This document shows, one piece after another, positions 26,640 to 38,909 of a stretch of 64,000 bases of DNA (position 1 is the first letter of the stretch; each line of letters opens with the position of its first letter). This DNA is from Mobula hypostoma (taxonomy: Eukaryota). Location: assembly GCF_963921235.1 (NCBI RefSeq), contig NC_086097.1, positions 151,406,001-151,470,000 of the forward strand, written 5' to 3'. Below the pieces are notes generated by a model. That model was not told the origin of the DNA. It searched no databases and worked only from the letters and a program-made list of their open reading frames with translations. Position numbers and translations under genes: made by a program.

Positions 26640-27760
26640 TAAATTCATAGATTATATAGCTTGTGGGAAAAATTAACCTAATTCATCTGTGCTGACCAAG
26701 ATGCTAATCTTAAGTAATCCCATGACTTTTTATAAACTTTCATAGCCTTGTACCTAACTGACATTTTTTTAAAATGTTTATGATTGCATCTTCCTCTATC
26801 ACCTCTTCTGGCAGCCTATTCCTTAATTCCATATTGCAACAACCTGTGTGGGGTGGGGGAACCTTGCTCCTCGAGACCTTTAGCCTCTAGTTTTACCCCT
26901 TTCTTTGGGGTGGGATGGGAACGCAACTTGTATGGTTATCTCTCGACCTCCTTTGTTACATTGGGCATGGGAGAAGTCGCAGACTATCCAATCTCTCCTC
27001 ATAACTCGTGATTCAGCCCAGGAAACACTACTGAATGAAACACCTTTTCTTGATCTTTCTATCTTTATCACATCCTTCCAATAGTATGGCAACCAGAACT
27101 GCACATATAATAGTCCCAAATTTGGTCAAAATAATGTTTTGTACAACTGTAAGTTGATGCCCAACTCCTATGCCTTCTCTTATGTCATATACTGACTTCA
27201 TCAGTCTCTTCACTCATATTGTACTTTCAGAAAACTCTATACATGTTCCCCAGATTTATCTGTAAACTAACACTTCTTAGGGCCTGATTTAACTTCAAAA
27301 AATGCATTTTGCACTTGTCTGAGTTAAATTCCATTTGCTGTTTTGTTGCCCTTTCTTCTGTTGTAACCGTGGATAACCTTAACTGGCCACTGTGCCATTA
27401 ATTTTGGTGTGATCTGCCACCTACCTTCAAAGTTCTTGATATATGTGACAAACAACAAAGGACCCATCACCAATCCACTGGTCACAGACCTCCAAACTGA
27501 AAAACAGCATTCTGCTGTCACCAAACCAATTTTGCATCCATTTGGCTAGCTTACTTTGAATCAAGTGTTCTAACCTTTTGGATCAGCCTGACACAAAAGA
27601 CTTTGTCAAAGGTTTTGCTGAAATACATGTAGATGACATTTGCACTGTTCTGATCAATCCTCTTGGTCACCTCTTCAAAAATGTGATTTCCTCTTCACAA
27701 AGCCATGCAGGCTGTCCCTAATCAGTGCTTCCAAATGCAATTCTGCTCCGTGATTAAGAT
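26640..27760 (-). mobile_element. Degenerate CR1 LINE fragment
   Basis: ORFs 26880..27119 (YVQFWLPYYWKDVIKIER) and 27324..27524 (WRSVTSG..GPLLFVTY). Confidence 0.75.
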
Positions 27761-30700
27761 CAAGGACAGCAGCATAGTATATTCTCAGCCATCTGGTTTT
27801 AAATTGGGTGCTGGGGGTGGGGGTGAGTGTTTGTGGGCTGTATGAGAATTGCTTAGACAAAAAAAACTTAACTAGTGTTCTATGCATAAAACTTTAGATA
27901 TATTACTGATCTATATGAAGTTATTTCTGGCCTTTACATTGCAATTGTGTTCATTTAATTAGCATTAATGTAAAATTAGAACATAATGAATGCCTGCATT
28001 CTCCATAACGTGAAGTGCCAAATCTTCAAAGAATGTTGTTGTGAATTACCATTTCACTACCCTTATCTATAGATGTAAATGAGCTAAAATATCTTTTTTC
28101 TTAAGTTTTGCCAGTTGTATGAGTCTGGATGCCTAAATGGTGGATAAATTACTTTATTGTACCTGGAGGCAGCATTGCTTTAAATTCAGTTGTTCTGCAT
28201 TCCAGCCTGAATGTAACAGCATCATGTGGTTGAAAGAATTACGACTTTCTGGTCACTATCGATTGAGTCCTAGAAAGCTATAACACAGAAGCAGGCCTTT
28301 TGACCCATATAGTCCATGCTGAACCATTTAAACTGCCTAGTCCCATTCGACCTGCACCTGGACTATAGCCCTCCATACCCTTCCCATCTATATACCTATA
28401 CAAATTTCTCTTGGATGTTGAAAGTGAAATCAAAATCACATCCACCGCTTGCGCTGGTAGCTCATTCGACACTCTCACCACCCTCTGAAGAAGTTCCCCC
28501 TCATGTTCCACTAAACCTTTCACCCTTAACCCATGCCCTCTAGTTGTCCCAACTTCAGTGCAAAAACCCTGCTTGTATTTACCCTATCTATATCCCTCAT
28601 AATTGTGTATACCTCCATCAAATCTCCTTCAATCTTCTGAGTTCTAGGGAATAAAGCCTTAACCTGGTCAATCTTTCCTTGTGCCTCAGGTCCTCCAGAC
28701 CCAGAAACATTTTTATAAATTTTCTTGAAACTGTTTCAATCTTATTTGCATCTTTCCTGTAGGTAGGTGACCAAAACTGCACACAATACTCTAAATCAGG
28801 CCTCACCAATGGCTTGTACAGCATCAACATAACATCCCAGCTCCTGTACTTATGCAGGCCAATCTGTCGAAAGCTTTCTTTACAACTCTTATCTACCTGT
28901 GTCGCCATTTTCAATGAATCATGGATCTGTATTTCCAGATCCCTTTGTTCTTCCACACTTGGTGCCCTACCGCTCACTGTGTAAGACCTACCTGGTTGGT
29001 CCTCCAAACAGTGTAGACCTTTCACAGGTGTGACAAGTGTGAGGTGTGGCAATGTGCATTAAATTCCATTTCCCATTCTTCAACCAGTCCAAATCGCACT
29101 GCAGGCTTTAAGAGTATTCCTCGCTGTCCACTTCTCTGCCAGTCTTGGTGTCATCCGCATATTTGCTGATCCATTAAACCACAATATCACCTAGATCATT
29201 GATATAGATGACAAACAACAATGGACCCTGCACTGATCTGTGCAGCACTCTACTTGGCACAGACCTGCAGTCAGAGAGCCAACCATCTTCAGCTTCTACT
29301 GCAAAGACAATCTGTAATCCAACTTACTACCTTACCTTGAATGCTAAGTGACTAAACTTTCTTGACCAACTTCCCATGTGGAACATTGTCAGATGCCTTG
29401 CTGAAGTCCCTGTAGACAACATCCATTGCCTTGGCTTCAACTTTCCAGGTAACTTCCTTGGAAAAATGCTGTAACATTGGTTAGACATGACTTAACATGT
29501 ACAAAGCCACACTGTCTATCCCTAATCTGTCTATCCAAATACTCATATATCTGGTCCCTTAAAAAAAACCTTACAATAACTTTCCCACGATGTCAGGCTC
29601 ACTGGGCAAGAATTTCATGGTTTATTCTTGCAGCCTTTCTTAAACAGCGGAGCATTAGCTATCTTCCATTCCTCTAGTACCTCAACTATTGCTCAAGATG
29701 ATTTGAATAGCTCTGCTAGGATCCCTGCAGTTTCTGCACTTGCCTCTGACAGGGTCAGAGGGAACACCTTGATACGCCCAGGGAATTTGTCCGCCTTAAT
29801 TTGACTCAGGACAGCAAACACCTTCTCCGCTATAATATGTATAAGGTCCATGAGCTCACTCCTGCTTTGCCTCATTTCTATAGATACTGTGTCCATCTCC
29901 ATAGTAAATATAGATGCAAAAAAATCCATATAAGATCTTTCCCCATCTTTTGACTCCACACATAGATTACCATTTTGGTTTTCTAGAGGACCAATTTTGT
30001 CCTTTCCAATCCTTTTGCTGTTAACATATTGGTAGAAACCCTTAAGATCTCGTTCATCTTTTCTGCTAGGGCAACCTCGTGCCTTCTTTTAGTCCTCCTG
30101 ATTTTCTCTTTGTATTCTCTTACATTTCTTATACTCCATAAGTACTTCATTTGTTCCTACCTGCCTACACATGTTATGCATTTTTTTTTCTTATTAATCA
30201 GAGCCTCAATATCTCTCGATAACCAAGGTTCCCTAATACTGTTACCCTTGTCTTTTATTTTGGTAAGAATATACAAACTTTTGTACTTTCAAAATTTCAC
30301 TTTTGAAAGCCTCATACTTGCCTTTGCCAGGAAACAGCCTGTCCCAGTCTATACTTGCCAGTTTTTTTCTGATACTATCAAAACTGGCCTTTCTCCAATT
30401 TAGAAAATCAACCTGAGGACCAGTCCTGTCCTTTTCTATAACTACCTTGAAACCAATGACATTTTCCCTTGCACAAACTTTGGTGACCTGCCCTGTCTCA
30501 TTCCCTAATAGGAGATCAAACACCGTACACTCTTACCATTGGAACTTCTATGTATTGATTAAGGAAACTTCCCTAAACATATTTGACATATTCTGTCCCA
30601 TCTACTCCTTTTACAGTATGGAAGTCCCAGTGAATATGTGGAAAGTTAAAATCGCCTACTATCACAGCCTTATGTTTCTTGCACTGGAAGCTGTAGTCAC

Positions 30701-32123
30701 AAACCTGAACACAGGCGGCCCAGGGCATAGGGTCGCTCTCTACTGGACTGAAGCAGCAGTTGAGTTCGGCAGCCCCCTGGGTGTCTGAGCAGCCCTCTTT
30801 AGGATCGCTCTGCTCACCTCCATGGAGGAAGGGGCTAGAAAGGGTGCCTGAAACATAGTCTGCTTCACTTCACCCTAGCCAGCTTACCGCGACTGGTGGG
30901 GATCCCTCATAACGGTCGACCTACAACAGTGAAGAAGAAAGTGATGGTGCTCAACCTTGGCACATGGAACGTGAGAACTCTGCGAGATAACGTCAAGGCA
31001 GACAGACCAGAGAGAAGAACTGCACTGGTTGCAAAAGAGCTAGCTCCCTACCACGTGGACATAGCAGCTCTCAGCGAAACGCACCAGCAGACAAGGGCCA
31101 GCTGACAGAACGTAGTGGTGGATACACGTTCTTCTGGAGCGGTCGCAGCAGCGCTGAACGACGAGAAGCAGGCGTGGGATTTGCCATCAATTCTAACCTC
31201 GCCCGTAAACTCACCAAGCACCCAGAGAGCATCAACGACCGCCTGATGACACTTCAGCTCCCACTTGCAAACAAGAAGAGTGCTACGCTGATTAGTGCCT
31301 ACGCTCCCACCATGACCAACCCAGATGACATTAAAGACAAGTTCTATGAAGAACTCGATGCCCTCATCTCAGCAATCCCACAGTCAGAGAAGCTCATCGT
31401 TCTCGGGGACTTCAATGCCAGAGTAGGGACAGGCTACCAAACCTGGGAAGGGATCATTGGAAGACACGGCACTGGCAAGTGTAACAACAATGGCCTTCTG
31501 CTCCTCAAGACATGTGCCACACACGACCTTGTCATCACCAACACCCTGTTCTGCCTACCCACCCGTAAGAAGACGTCATGGATGCACCCACGCTCGAAGC
31601 ACTGGCATCTGATTGACTACATCATCACCAGGAAGAGGGACAGGATGGATGTCAGAGTGACGAGAGCTATGTGTGGTGCCAACTGCTGGACCGATCACCG
31701 CCTCATTGTGTCCAAGTTCAGGCTTCGCATTCGGCCCATGAGAAGATCCCAAGGGCAGAAGACTGCAAAAAGGCAGAATGTCTCTAAGCTTGAAAAGCAG
31801 CAGGGTTGCAGAAGAACTCGTCGATGACCTTGAAGGCAGACTGCCAGACACACCACAGGTTGACGGGACCAGCGTTGAAGAACAGTGGACGGCCTTCAGA
31901 GTCGCTGTCTACATTACCGCCCTCGAACATCTCAGACCAGCAACCCGAAGAAACCAAGACTGGTTCGATGAGAATGATGAAGAAATACAGGCACTACTAA
32001 CGGAGAAACATCAACATTACAGAGCGCAAACAACAGGAATTCTGCAGATGCTGGAAATTCAAGCAACACATCAAAGTTGCTGGTGAACGCAGCAGGCCAA
32101 GCAGCATCTCTAGGAAGAGGTGC

Positions 32124-32159
32124 AGTCGACGTTTCAGGCCAAGACCCTTCGTCAGGACT
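32124..32159 (-). ncRNA. Minimal hammerhead ribozyme motif
   Basis: Minus strand AGTC-CTGACGA-agggtcttggcct-GAAAC-GTC-GACT. Confidence 0.75.
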
Positions 32160-32719
32160 AACTGAAGGAAGAGTGAGTAAGGGATTTGAGAGGGGGAGGG
32201 GGAGATCCAAAATGATAGGAGAAGACAGGAGGGGGAGGAATGGAGCCAAGAGCTGGACAGGTGATAGGCAAAAGGGATACAAGAGGATCATGGGACAGGA
32301 GGTCCGGGAAGAAAGGCCGGGGGGGGCGGGACCAGAGGATGGGCAAGGGGTATAGTCAGAGGGACAGAGGGAGAAAAAGGAGAGTGAGAGAAAGAATGTG
32401 TGTATAAAAATAAGTAACAGATGGGGTACGAGGGGGAGGTGGGGCATTAGCAGAAGTTAGAGAAGTCGATGTTCATGCCATCAGGTTGGAGGCTACCCAG
32501 ACAGAATATAAGGTGTTGTTCCTCCAACCTGAGTGTGGCTTCATCTTTACAGTAGAGGAGGCCGTGGATAGACATATCAGAATGGGAATGGGAACCTCCA
32601 ATGGGATCCCACCACTAAGCACATCTTTCCCTCCCCCCCCCCCGCATTCCACAGGGATCGCTCCCTACGCGACTCCCTTGTCCATTCGTCTCCCCCACCC
32701 CTCCCCACTGATCTCCCTC

Positions 32720-33138
32720 CTGGCACTTATCCGTGTAAGCGGAACAAGTGCTACACATGCCCTTACACTTCCTCCCTTACCACCATTCAGGGCCCCAAAC
32801 AGTCCTTCCAGGTGAGGCAACACTTCACCTGTGAGTCGGCTGGGGTGATATACTGCGTCCGGTGCTCCCGATGTGGCCTTTTATATATTGGCGAGACCCG
32901 ACGCAGACTGGGAGGCCGCTTTGCTGAACACCTACGCTCTGTCTGCCAGAGAAAGCAGGATCTCCCAGTGGCCGCGCACTTTAATTCCACATCCCATTCC
33001 CATTCTGACATGTCTATCCACGGCCTCCTCTACTGTAAAGATGAAGCCACACTCAGGTTGAAGGAACAACACCTTATATTCCATCTGGGTAGCCTCCAAC
33101 CTGATGGCATGAACATTGACTTCTCTAACTTCTGCTAA
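32720..33138 (+). pseudogene. Penelope-like GIY-YIG endonuclease domain, 5'-truncated, RT absent
   Basis: GTYPCKRNKCYTCPY linker then FTCESAGVIYCVRCSRCGLLYIGETRRRLGGRFAEH...LKEQHLIFHLGSLQPDGMN (ORF 32812..33138). Confidence 0.9.
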
Positions 33139-33441
33139 TGCCCCACCTCCTCCTTGTACCCCATCTGTTATTTATTTTTATACACACATTCTTTCTCTCA
33201 CTCTCCTTTTTCTCCCTCTGTCCCTCTGAATTTATCCCTTGTCCATCCTCTGGTTCCCCCCTCCCCCCCCCGCCCCTGTCTTTCTTCCCGGACCTCCTGT
33301 CCCATGATCCTCTTGTATCCCTTTTGCCTATCACCTGTCCAGCTCTTGGCTCCATCCCTCCCCCTCCTGTCTTCTCCTATCATTTTGGATCTCCCCCTCC
33401 CCCTCCAACTTTCAAATCCCTTACTCACTCTTCCTTCAGTT

Positions 33442-33477
33442 AGTCCTGACGATGGGTCTCGGCCTGAAACGTCGACT
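33442..33477 (+). ncRNA. Minimal hammerhead ribozyme motif
   Basis: AGTC-CTGACGA-tgggtctcggcct-GAAAC-GTC-GACT. Confidence 0.75.
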
Positions 33478-36400
33478 GCACCTCTTCCTAGAGATGCTGC
33501 CTGGCCTGCTGCGTTCACCAGCAACTTTGATGTGTGTTGCAACATTACAGAGCGCATCAGAATGACCCCACGTCGCTAGCCAAGAAAGATGCCTTTACCA
33601 ACGCAAGAAGAAAGGTGCAGAAAAAATTTCAAGATGCAGGACAGCTGGTTCAGCAAGAAGGCCGATGAAATCCAGGGCTATGCAGACAGCCACGACATAA
33701 AGCGCTTCTACGATGCGCTTAAGGCTGTATACGGACCCCAGTCCTCCGGCTCCTCACCTCTCCTTGACGCAGCTGCTGACAGAGAAGAAGCAAATTCTGG
33801 ATCGGTGGGCTGAGTACTTTAACAACGTCCTTAACCGCCCTGCCGACATCAACGACGAGGCCATTGCCCGCCTGCCCCAGGTAGAGATCAACAAGAACCT
33901 CGACACCCTCTCAACAGTAGATGAAGTCAGGAAGGCAGTGAAGCAACTCTCCTGTGGCAAAGCACCAGGACCCGATGCAATCCCTGCTGAGGTATACAAA
34001 GCAGGAGGCCCTGTCATGATGCAAAAGCTGACTGTACTCTTCCAGTCCATGTGGAAAAAGGGACAGGTCCCGCAACAGCTGAAAGATGCCAGCATAGTCC
34101 ACATCTACAAGAGGAAAGGCAACCGCCAGTCTTGCGACAACCACCGAGGCATCTCCCTCTTGTCCATTGCGGGGAAGATTCTGGCCCGCGTCCTGCTCAA
34201 CCGCCTTCTCCAATATCTTGAGCAAGGTCTGCTCCCAGAAAGCCAGTGCGGCTTCCGTGCTGAACGTGGGACTGCAGACATGATTTTTGCTGCGCGCCAA
34301 CTCCAAGAAAAATGCCAGGAGCAACACAGCGACCTCTTCGTGACCTTTGTCGATCTAACCAAGGCTTTCGATACGGTCAGCAGAGAAGGCTTGTGGAAGA
34401 TCATGGAGAAGTTTGGCTGCCCCAGCAAGTTCATCACAATCGTCCGGCAGTTCCACGACGGTATGATGGTGAAAGTTCTGGATGACGGTGACGAGTCGGA
34501 GGCCTTCCCGGTGACAAATGACGTCAAACATGGCTGCGTTCTTGCCCTGACTTTGTTCAGTATGGTATTCTCTGCCATGCTGACAGATACCTTCCGTAAC
34601 TACGAAGAAGGAATCCACGTCAGGTACAGGACTGACGGCAGGTTGTTCAACCTTGGGTGCCTGCAGGCAGTTACGAAGGTGCAAGAGACTGTCATCAGAG
34701 ACTTCTTGTTTGCTGATGACTGCGCACTCAACACCAGCACAGAGCAGGAGATGCAGCGTGAAATGGACTGCTTCTCACAAGCCTGCGACAACTTCGGACT
34801 CACTATCAGCACCAAAAAGACTGAAGTTAGGTACCAGCTTGCCCCAGGAAAGCCATACCAGGAGCCGCGCATCACGATGAAGGGCCAGAACCTCCAGGCA
34901 GTCGACAACTTCACCTACCTGGGCAGCATACTCTCTCGCGCAGTGAATACAGACGCTGAGGTCAACAACAGGATTGCCAAAGCCAGCGCCGCCTTTGGGA
35001 GACTCCGTGAGAACATCTGGGAGCGGAGAGGACTCAGCCTTACCACCAAGCTGAAGGTCTACTGTGCAGTGGTCCTTACCACCCTCCTTTACACCAGCGA
35101 GACCTGGACTGTCTACAGCAGACACGCCAAACAGCTCAACCACTTTCACCTGAGCTGTCTCCGCAGACTCCTCTACATCAGGTGGCAGGACAAAGTCCCC
35201 GACACGGAAATCCTGGAACGAGCTGGGCTCTGCAGCGTCCACACCCTCCTGCTGAAAGCCCAAGCCAGGTGGGCTGGACATGTGGTCAGAATGCCAGACA
35301 GCCGATTGCCTAAGCAGCTGCTGTACGGAGAACTGTGTCAGGGCAAGCGCTCAGTCAGGGGGCAGAAGAAACGTTACAAAGACTGCCTCAAAGTGTCCCT
35401 CAAAGGCCTGGGTGTCGACATCAACGCGTGGGAGACGCTTGCCCTCGACCGTCCAGCTTGGCGCAGCAAGATCACCACAGGAGCCCGTGCAGCTGAAGTC
35501 AGGCGCATCATCAAGGCGCAACAAAAACGTGCTGTGCACAAGGCCCGAGCAGCATCCACTGCCACGACAGCACCCACCCACTTGTGTCCCACATGTGGGA
35601 GAGCCTTCAGGGCCTGGATTGGCCTCATCTGTCACCTCCGGACTCTCAGCCACCAATCTCCCATTTGACTTTGAAGCCATGGTCATCTTCGACTACGAAG
35701 GACGAACAACAACAACATGTTTCTTGCAACATTCTGCGATCTCTCTACAAATTTTGTTCCTCTAAATTCCATGGACTAATGATTGGTCTATAATGTAGCC
35801 TCATTAACATGGTCATGCCTTACTTATTCTTCAGTTCCACCCATAAAATCTCACTGGTCTGACCTGAGTGAGCACTGCTGTGATCTTAATAAATCTCCAG
35901 AACCACTCCACTATATGTTCTGGCATTCTGGTTCCCATCACCCTACAACTTTAGTTGAACCCTTCCCCCATACAGTACCAGCAGACTTTCCCACTAGGAT
36001 ATTAGTTCCCCCTCCAGCTTATGTGCAAACAGTCTATTCTGTGCAGGCCCCACCTTCCCTGAAAGAGTACCCAATAATCCAAACATCTGAAGCCCTCCCT
36101 CCTACACTATCTCCTTAGCTACATGTTGAACTGTATGATTTGCTTATTGCTGGCCTCACTAGCTCATGACACAGGTAACAATCTTGAGATCACAACCCTG
36201 GGATTCCTGTCCTTTAGCTTAGCACCTGACTGCCTAAACTCACTTTGCAGAACCTCGTGCCTCTTCCTACCAATGTCATTGGACCATGACCTCTAGCTGT
36301 TCACTCTCCTACTTAGGAATCTGAGGAGTCATTCCGAGATGTTCTTGACACTGGTACCCAGGAGACAACGTACCATTCGGGTGTCTTGTTCTTGTCCACA

Positions 36401-37400
36401 AAACCTCCTTTCTGTTCTCTAAGTAATGAATACTCTATTATCACAGGTTGCCTTCCTCCCTTCTGAGCAACGGTGCCAGACTCAGTGCTGGAGACCTGAC
36501 CTATGTGACTTTCCTTTGCTAGTCACCCCCCCCCCCCCCATAGTATCCAAAGTGTTTTACGTGTTGTTGAGGGGGTTGGCCACAGAGGTACTCAGTTGTT
36601 CTGCACTGGCTGTTTAACCCTTTTCACTCTCCTGACTGTCACCTAGTTTCCTATGTACTTTCAATGTAGCTGCCTCTCTATATGCCTGTCACCCCTCGGC
36701 CTCCCGATTGATCTGGAATTCATACAGTTTTAGCTCCAATTCCTTAACTCAGATTGTTAGAAGCTACAGTTGGATGCACTTGCAGGTGAAGTCAACACTG
36801 GCCTTCTCGCATCCATTCACATGTCCTGCTTTGCATCCCTACTGCTCTTAACTGTACAACCATAACAATAAATAGGATAGGAAAAAAACTGCAGCTTTTT
36901 GCCCGACTCAAGCCTGTCCACGCTGTAGTCTCAAGGAATTAAAGCCTCAGATCCCTCTAACAATCCACTCCAACAATGGCAGGTTCGCTTGCCCCTGCCT
37001 TATTTATACTTGCCCTTGCTAAGGAATCCCGATCTGTGATAGGCTTCTGTTCAACTGATGTACATTGAATATAGCTTTGTAGGTACTGTCCTTTTCCTAC
37101 AGAACATTTCAAATTATGCCACCATGTAATATTTATTAAAAATGTGCTTGGAGAATTTTGGATGTTGCAACAGTTTGTTTAGTGATGCATGGAAGAGTCA
37201 CCTGAATGATGGTACAATGGGTAGCTCTCTAGATAGGACATTGGTGGAGAAGGAGCTAGCAACTAAACTTGAAATGTAATTTAGTTGAATTTGATTAGTT
37301 TCTTTCTATGAAATGTGTATAATATAGCCTGCAAATGTAAGTGCAGTTTGTATAAAATAATCATATGGTTAAAAAGTATAAAATTTGTAGCCGGTATGTA

Positions 37401-37556
37401 AACACAAAATAATCTACAGATGCTGGGGTCAAAGCAACACTCACAACACACTGGAGGAACTCAGGTCGGGCAGCGTCCGTGGAAAAGATCGGTTGACGTT
37501 TCGGGCCGGAGCCCTTCGTCCTGACCTGCTGACTTCCTCCAGCGTGTTGTGAGTGA
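37401..37556. mobile_element. 156-bp miniature Penelope-like insertion with inverted arms
   Basis: TSD agccggtatgta / agccagtatgta (37389-37400 and 37557-37568). cactcacaacacactggaggaactcag is inverted as ctgacttcctccagcgtgttgtgagtg. Truncated hammerhead at the junction. Confidence 0.8.
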
Positions 37557-37980
37557 AGCCAGTATGTAGAAGCTAAAGGATTTCTTAAGAGTGAGAAATG
37601 GTCATTCAACCTTTGAAGCTCCTGTATAACCATGCTTAATCCAGTATTGAGATTTATTGGTTGCATAATGATAGCAAAAACTGCATTATAGGAAAATATA
37701 TTAAAATAGATTTTGCTCTGAGCTGATTTTTAAAAAGATTACATGATTGGAATGTTTTTCCTTGCCCATGTGATTATTTTACAAAATTCTCACGTATAGA
37801 AGTGATGCAGTGAAGTGGATGAAATAGCAAAACAAAGCTGACAACTGTAACTTGAATTAAGTAGTCTTGAGGTTTGTTGTTATTTTGTATAGAGGAACTA
37901 GAGTTTACTATAGTGAATAAATGGAGCTTAGACTATTCTTCATTGATTGTCTTAAAAATATTTTTTTTCATTGCTTGTAG

Positions 37981-38097
37981 TTTAACTTCGTTGGTAAGCT
38001 TTTGGGCCCACGTGGTAATTCTTTGAAGAGATTACAGGAAGAAACACTGACAAAGATGTCCATTTTGGGTAAAGGATCCATGCGGGACAAAGCCAAG
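37981..38097 (+). CDS. KHDRBS3: KHDRBS3 coding exon 3: KH domain, [39 protein letters not shown]
   Basis: ttgtag| ... |gtaaga. 117 nt, in frame with the previous exon. Contains the GPRG (GxxG) loop. [10 protein letters not shown] is the KHDRBS3-type sequence (KHDRBS1/2 have ETGAK). Confidence 0.96.
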
Positions 38098-38909
38098 GTA
38101 AGATTCAAAAATGTATAGCATAGAAGGTCAATGTTAGTTCAACTTCTTCAGCTTTGTTCCTCTTATCGTGACACCAGTGTCTCCTGGCTCGTAATAAATG
38201 AGTATGTTTATAGTGGGGAAGAATAATGCATACAATGTTTAGAGAAAATTTCCTACAGCTGCTTGTCAAGATTACATATAGTCCATGGTATTTGATTTAA
38301 AATTGCATGCACAAAATTTGAAAATTGAGGATCACCATGAGAATCCAATTTAAAAATCAACCCATTGCAAGAAATTAAACATAATAGCATTAGCGTGTTC
38401 TTGTACCACACAGTCACTTATTTCTTTAGTTGTTCAAATGATAATGCTGTTGACATTACAGTATTTTATGAAAGCATCATCACTTGTAGGGAGACCTAAC
38501 ATTATTAGTGATATAGAACTAGTTTTCTCTCTGATACATTTGCCTCAATAAAAAATAAAGTCTTCAGGAATGGCTCAAGGCAAAATGTCATCATTTAAGC
38601 AAACTTGGACTGTGTTTCACCACTGGAAGAGATAAAACCACAATATGCTTATTTAGATGAATCAAGAAATCTTAAACTATAAACTTTATTGAATGGAGAA
38701 GAATTACTTGAAACGTTCACTGTCCATTTTCTTTCATAGATGCTGCCCGACTCACTAAGCTCCTCCAGTGCTTTGATGTGTTTTTCAAGAACATATTTCA
38801 AGGCTTTTCTCTTTTAATATTCTATAAGATTGCAGCTTTAACCCTGAGATTTTCCAACAATATTTTTCTGATTCTTACATGGTAGGGAATCAGGAAAGGA
38901 GATTAAGCA

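Larger units (their letters stand above)
32029..33539. mobile_element. Penelope-like element (Neptune-type) with inverted pLTR structure, nested in the RTE
   Basis: 17-bp TSD CAACATTACAGAGCGCA (32012-32028 and 33540-33556). Inverted arms about 32063-32593 and 32992-33540. The spacer encodes a Cys-rich linker leading into GIY-YIG. Confidence 0.93.
30684..35716 (+). mobile_element. RTE-clade LINE, nearly full length: APE endonuclease + RT + C-terminal zinc-finger remnant, with a few frameshifts and one nested insertion
   Basis: 12-bp TSD ATGTTTCTTGCA (30672-30683 and 35717-35728) and (CAA)n tail. LGTWNVRTL, DIAALSET, ISAYAPT, LGDFNARVG, HLIDYII, WTDHRL; 651-aa ORF 33713..35668 with FVDLTKAFDTV, FLFADD and CPTCGRAF. 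Confidence 0.96.
28270..36850 (-). mobile_element. Near full-length decayed CR1 LINE, split by the RTE insertion at 30684-35716
   Basis: 3' end and RT at 28270-29700, endonuclease at 30240-30683. CR1 sequence resumes at 35729 (attctgcgatctctctacaaatt...) through esterase ORF1 remnants to about 36800. Confidence 0.85.

Noticed and set aside
33754..35765. Many overlapping antisense and alternate-frame ORFs over the RTE RT region
   Set aside because: By-products of GC-rich coding sequence with few stop codons; no recognisable domains.
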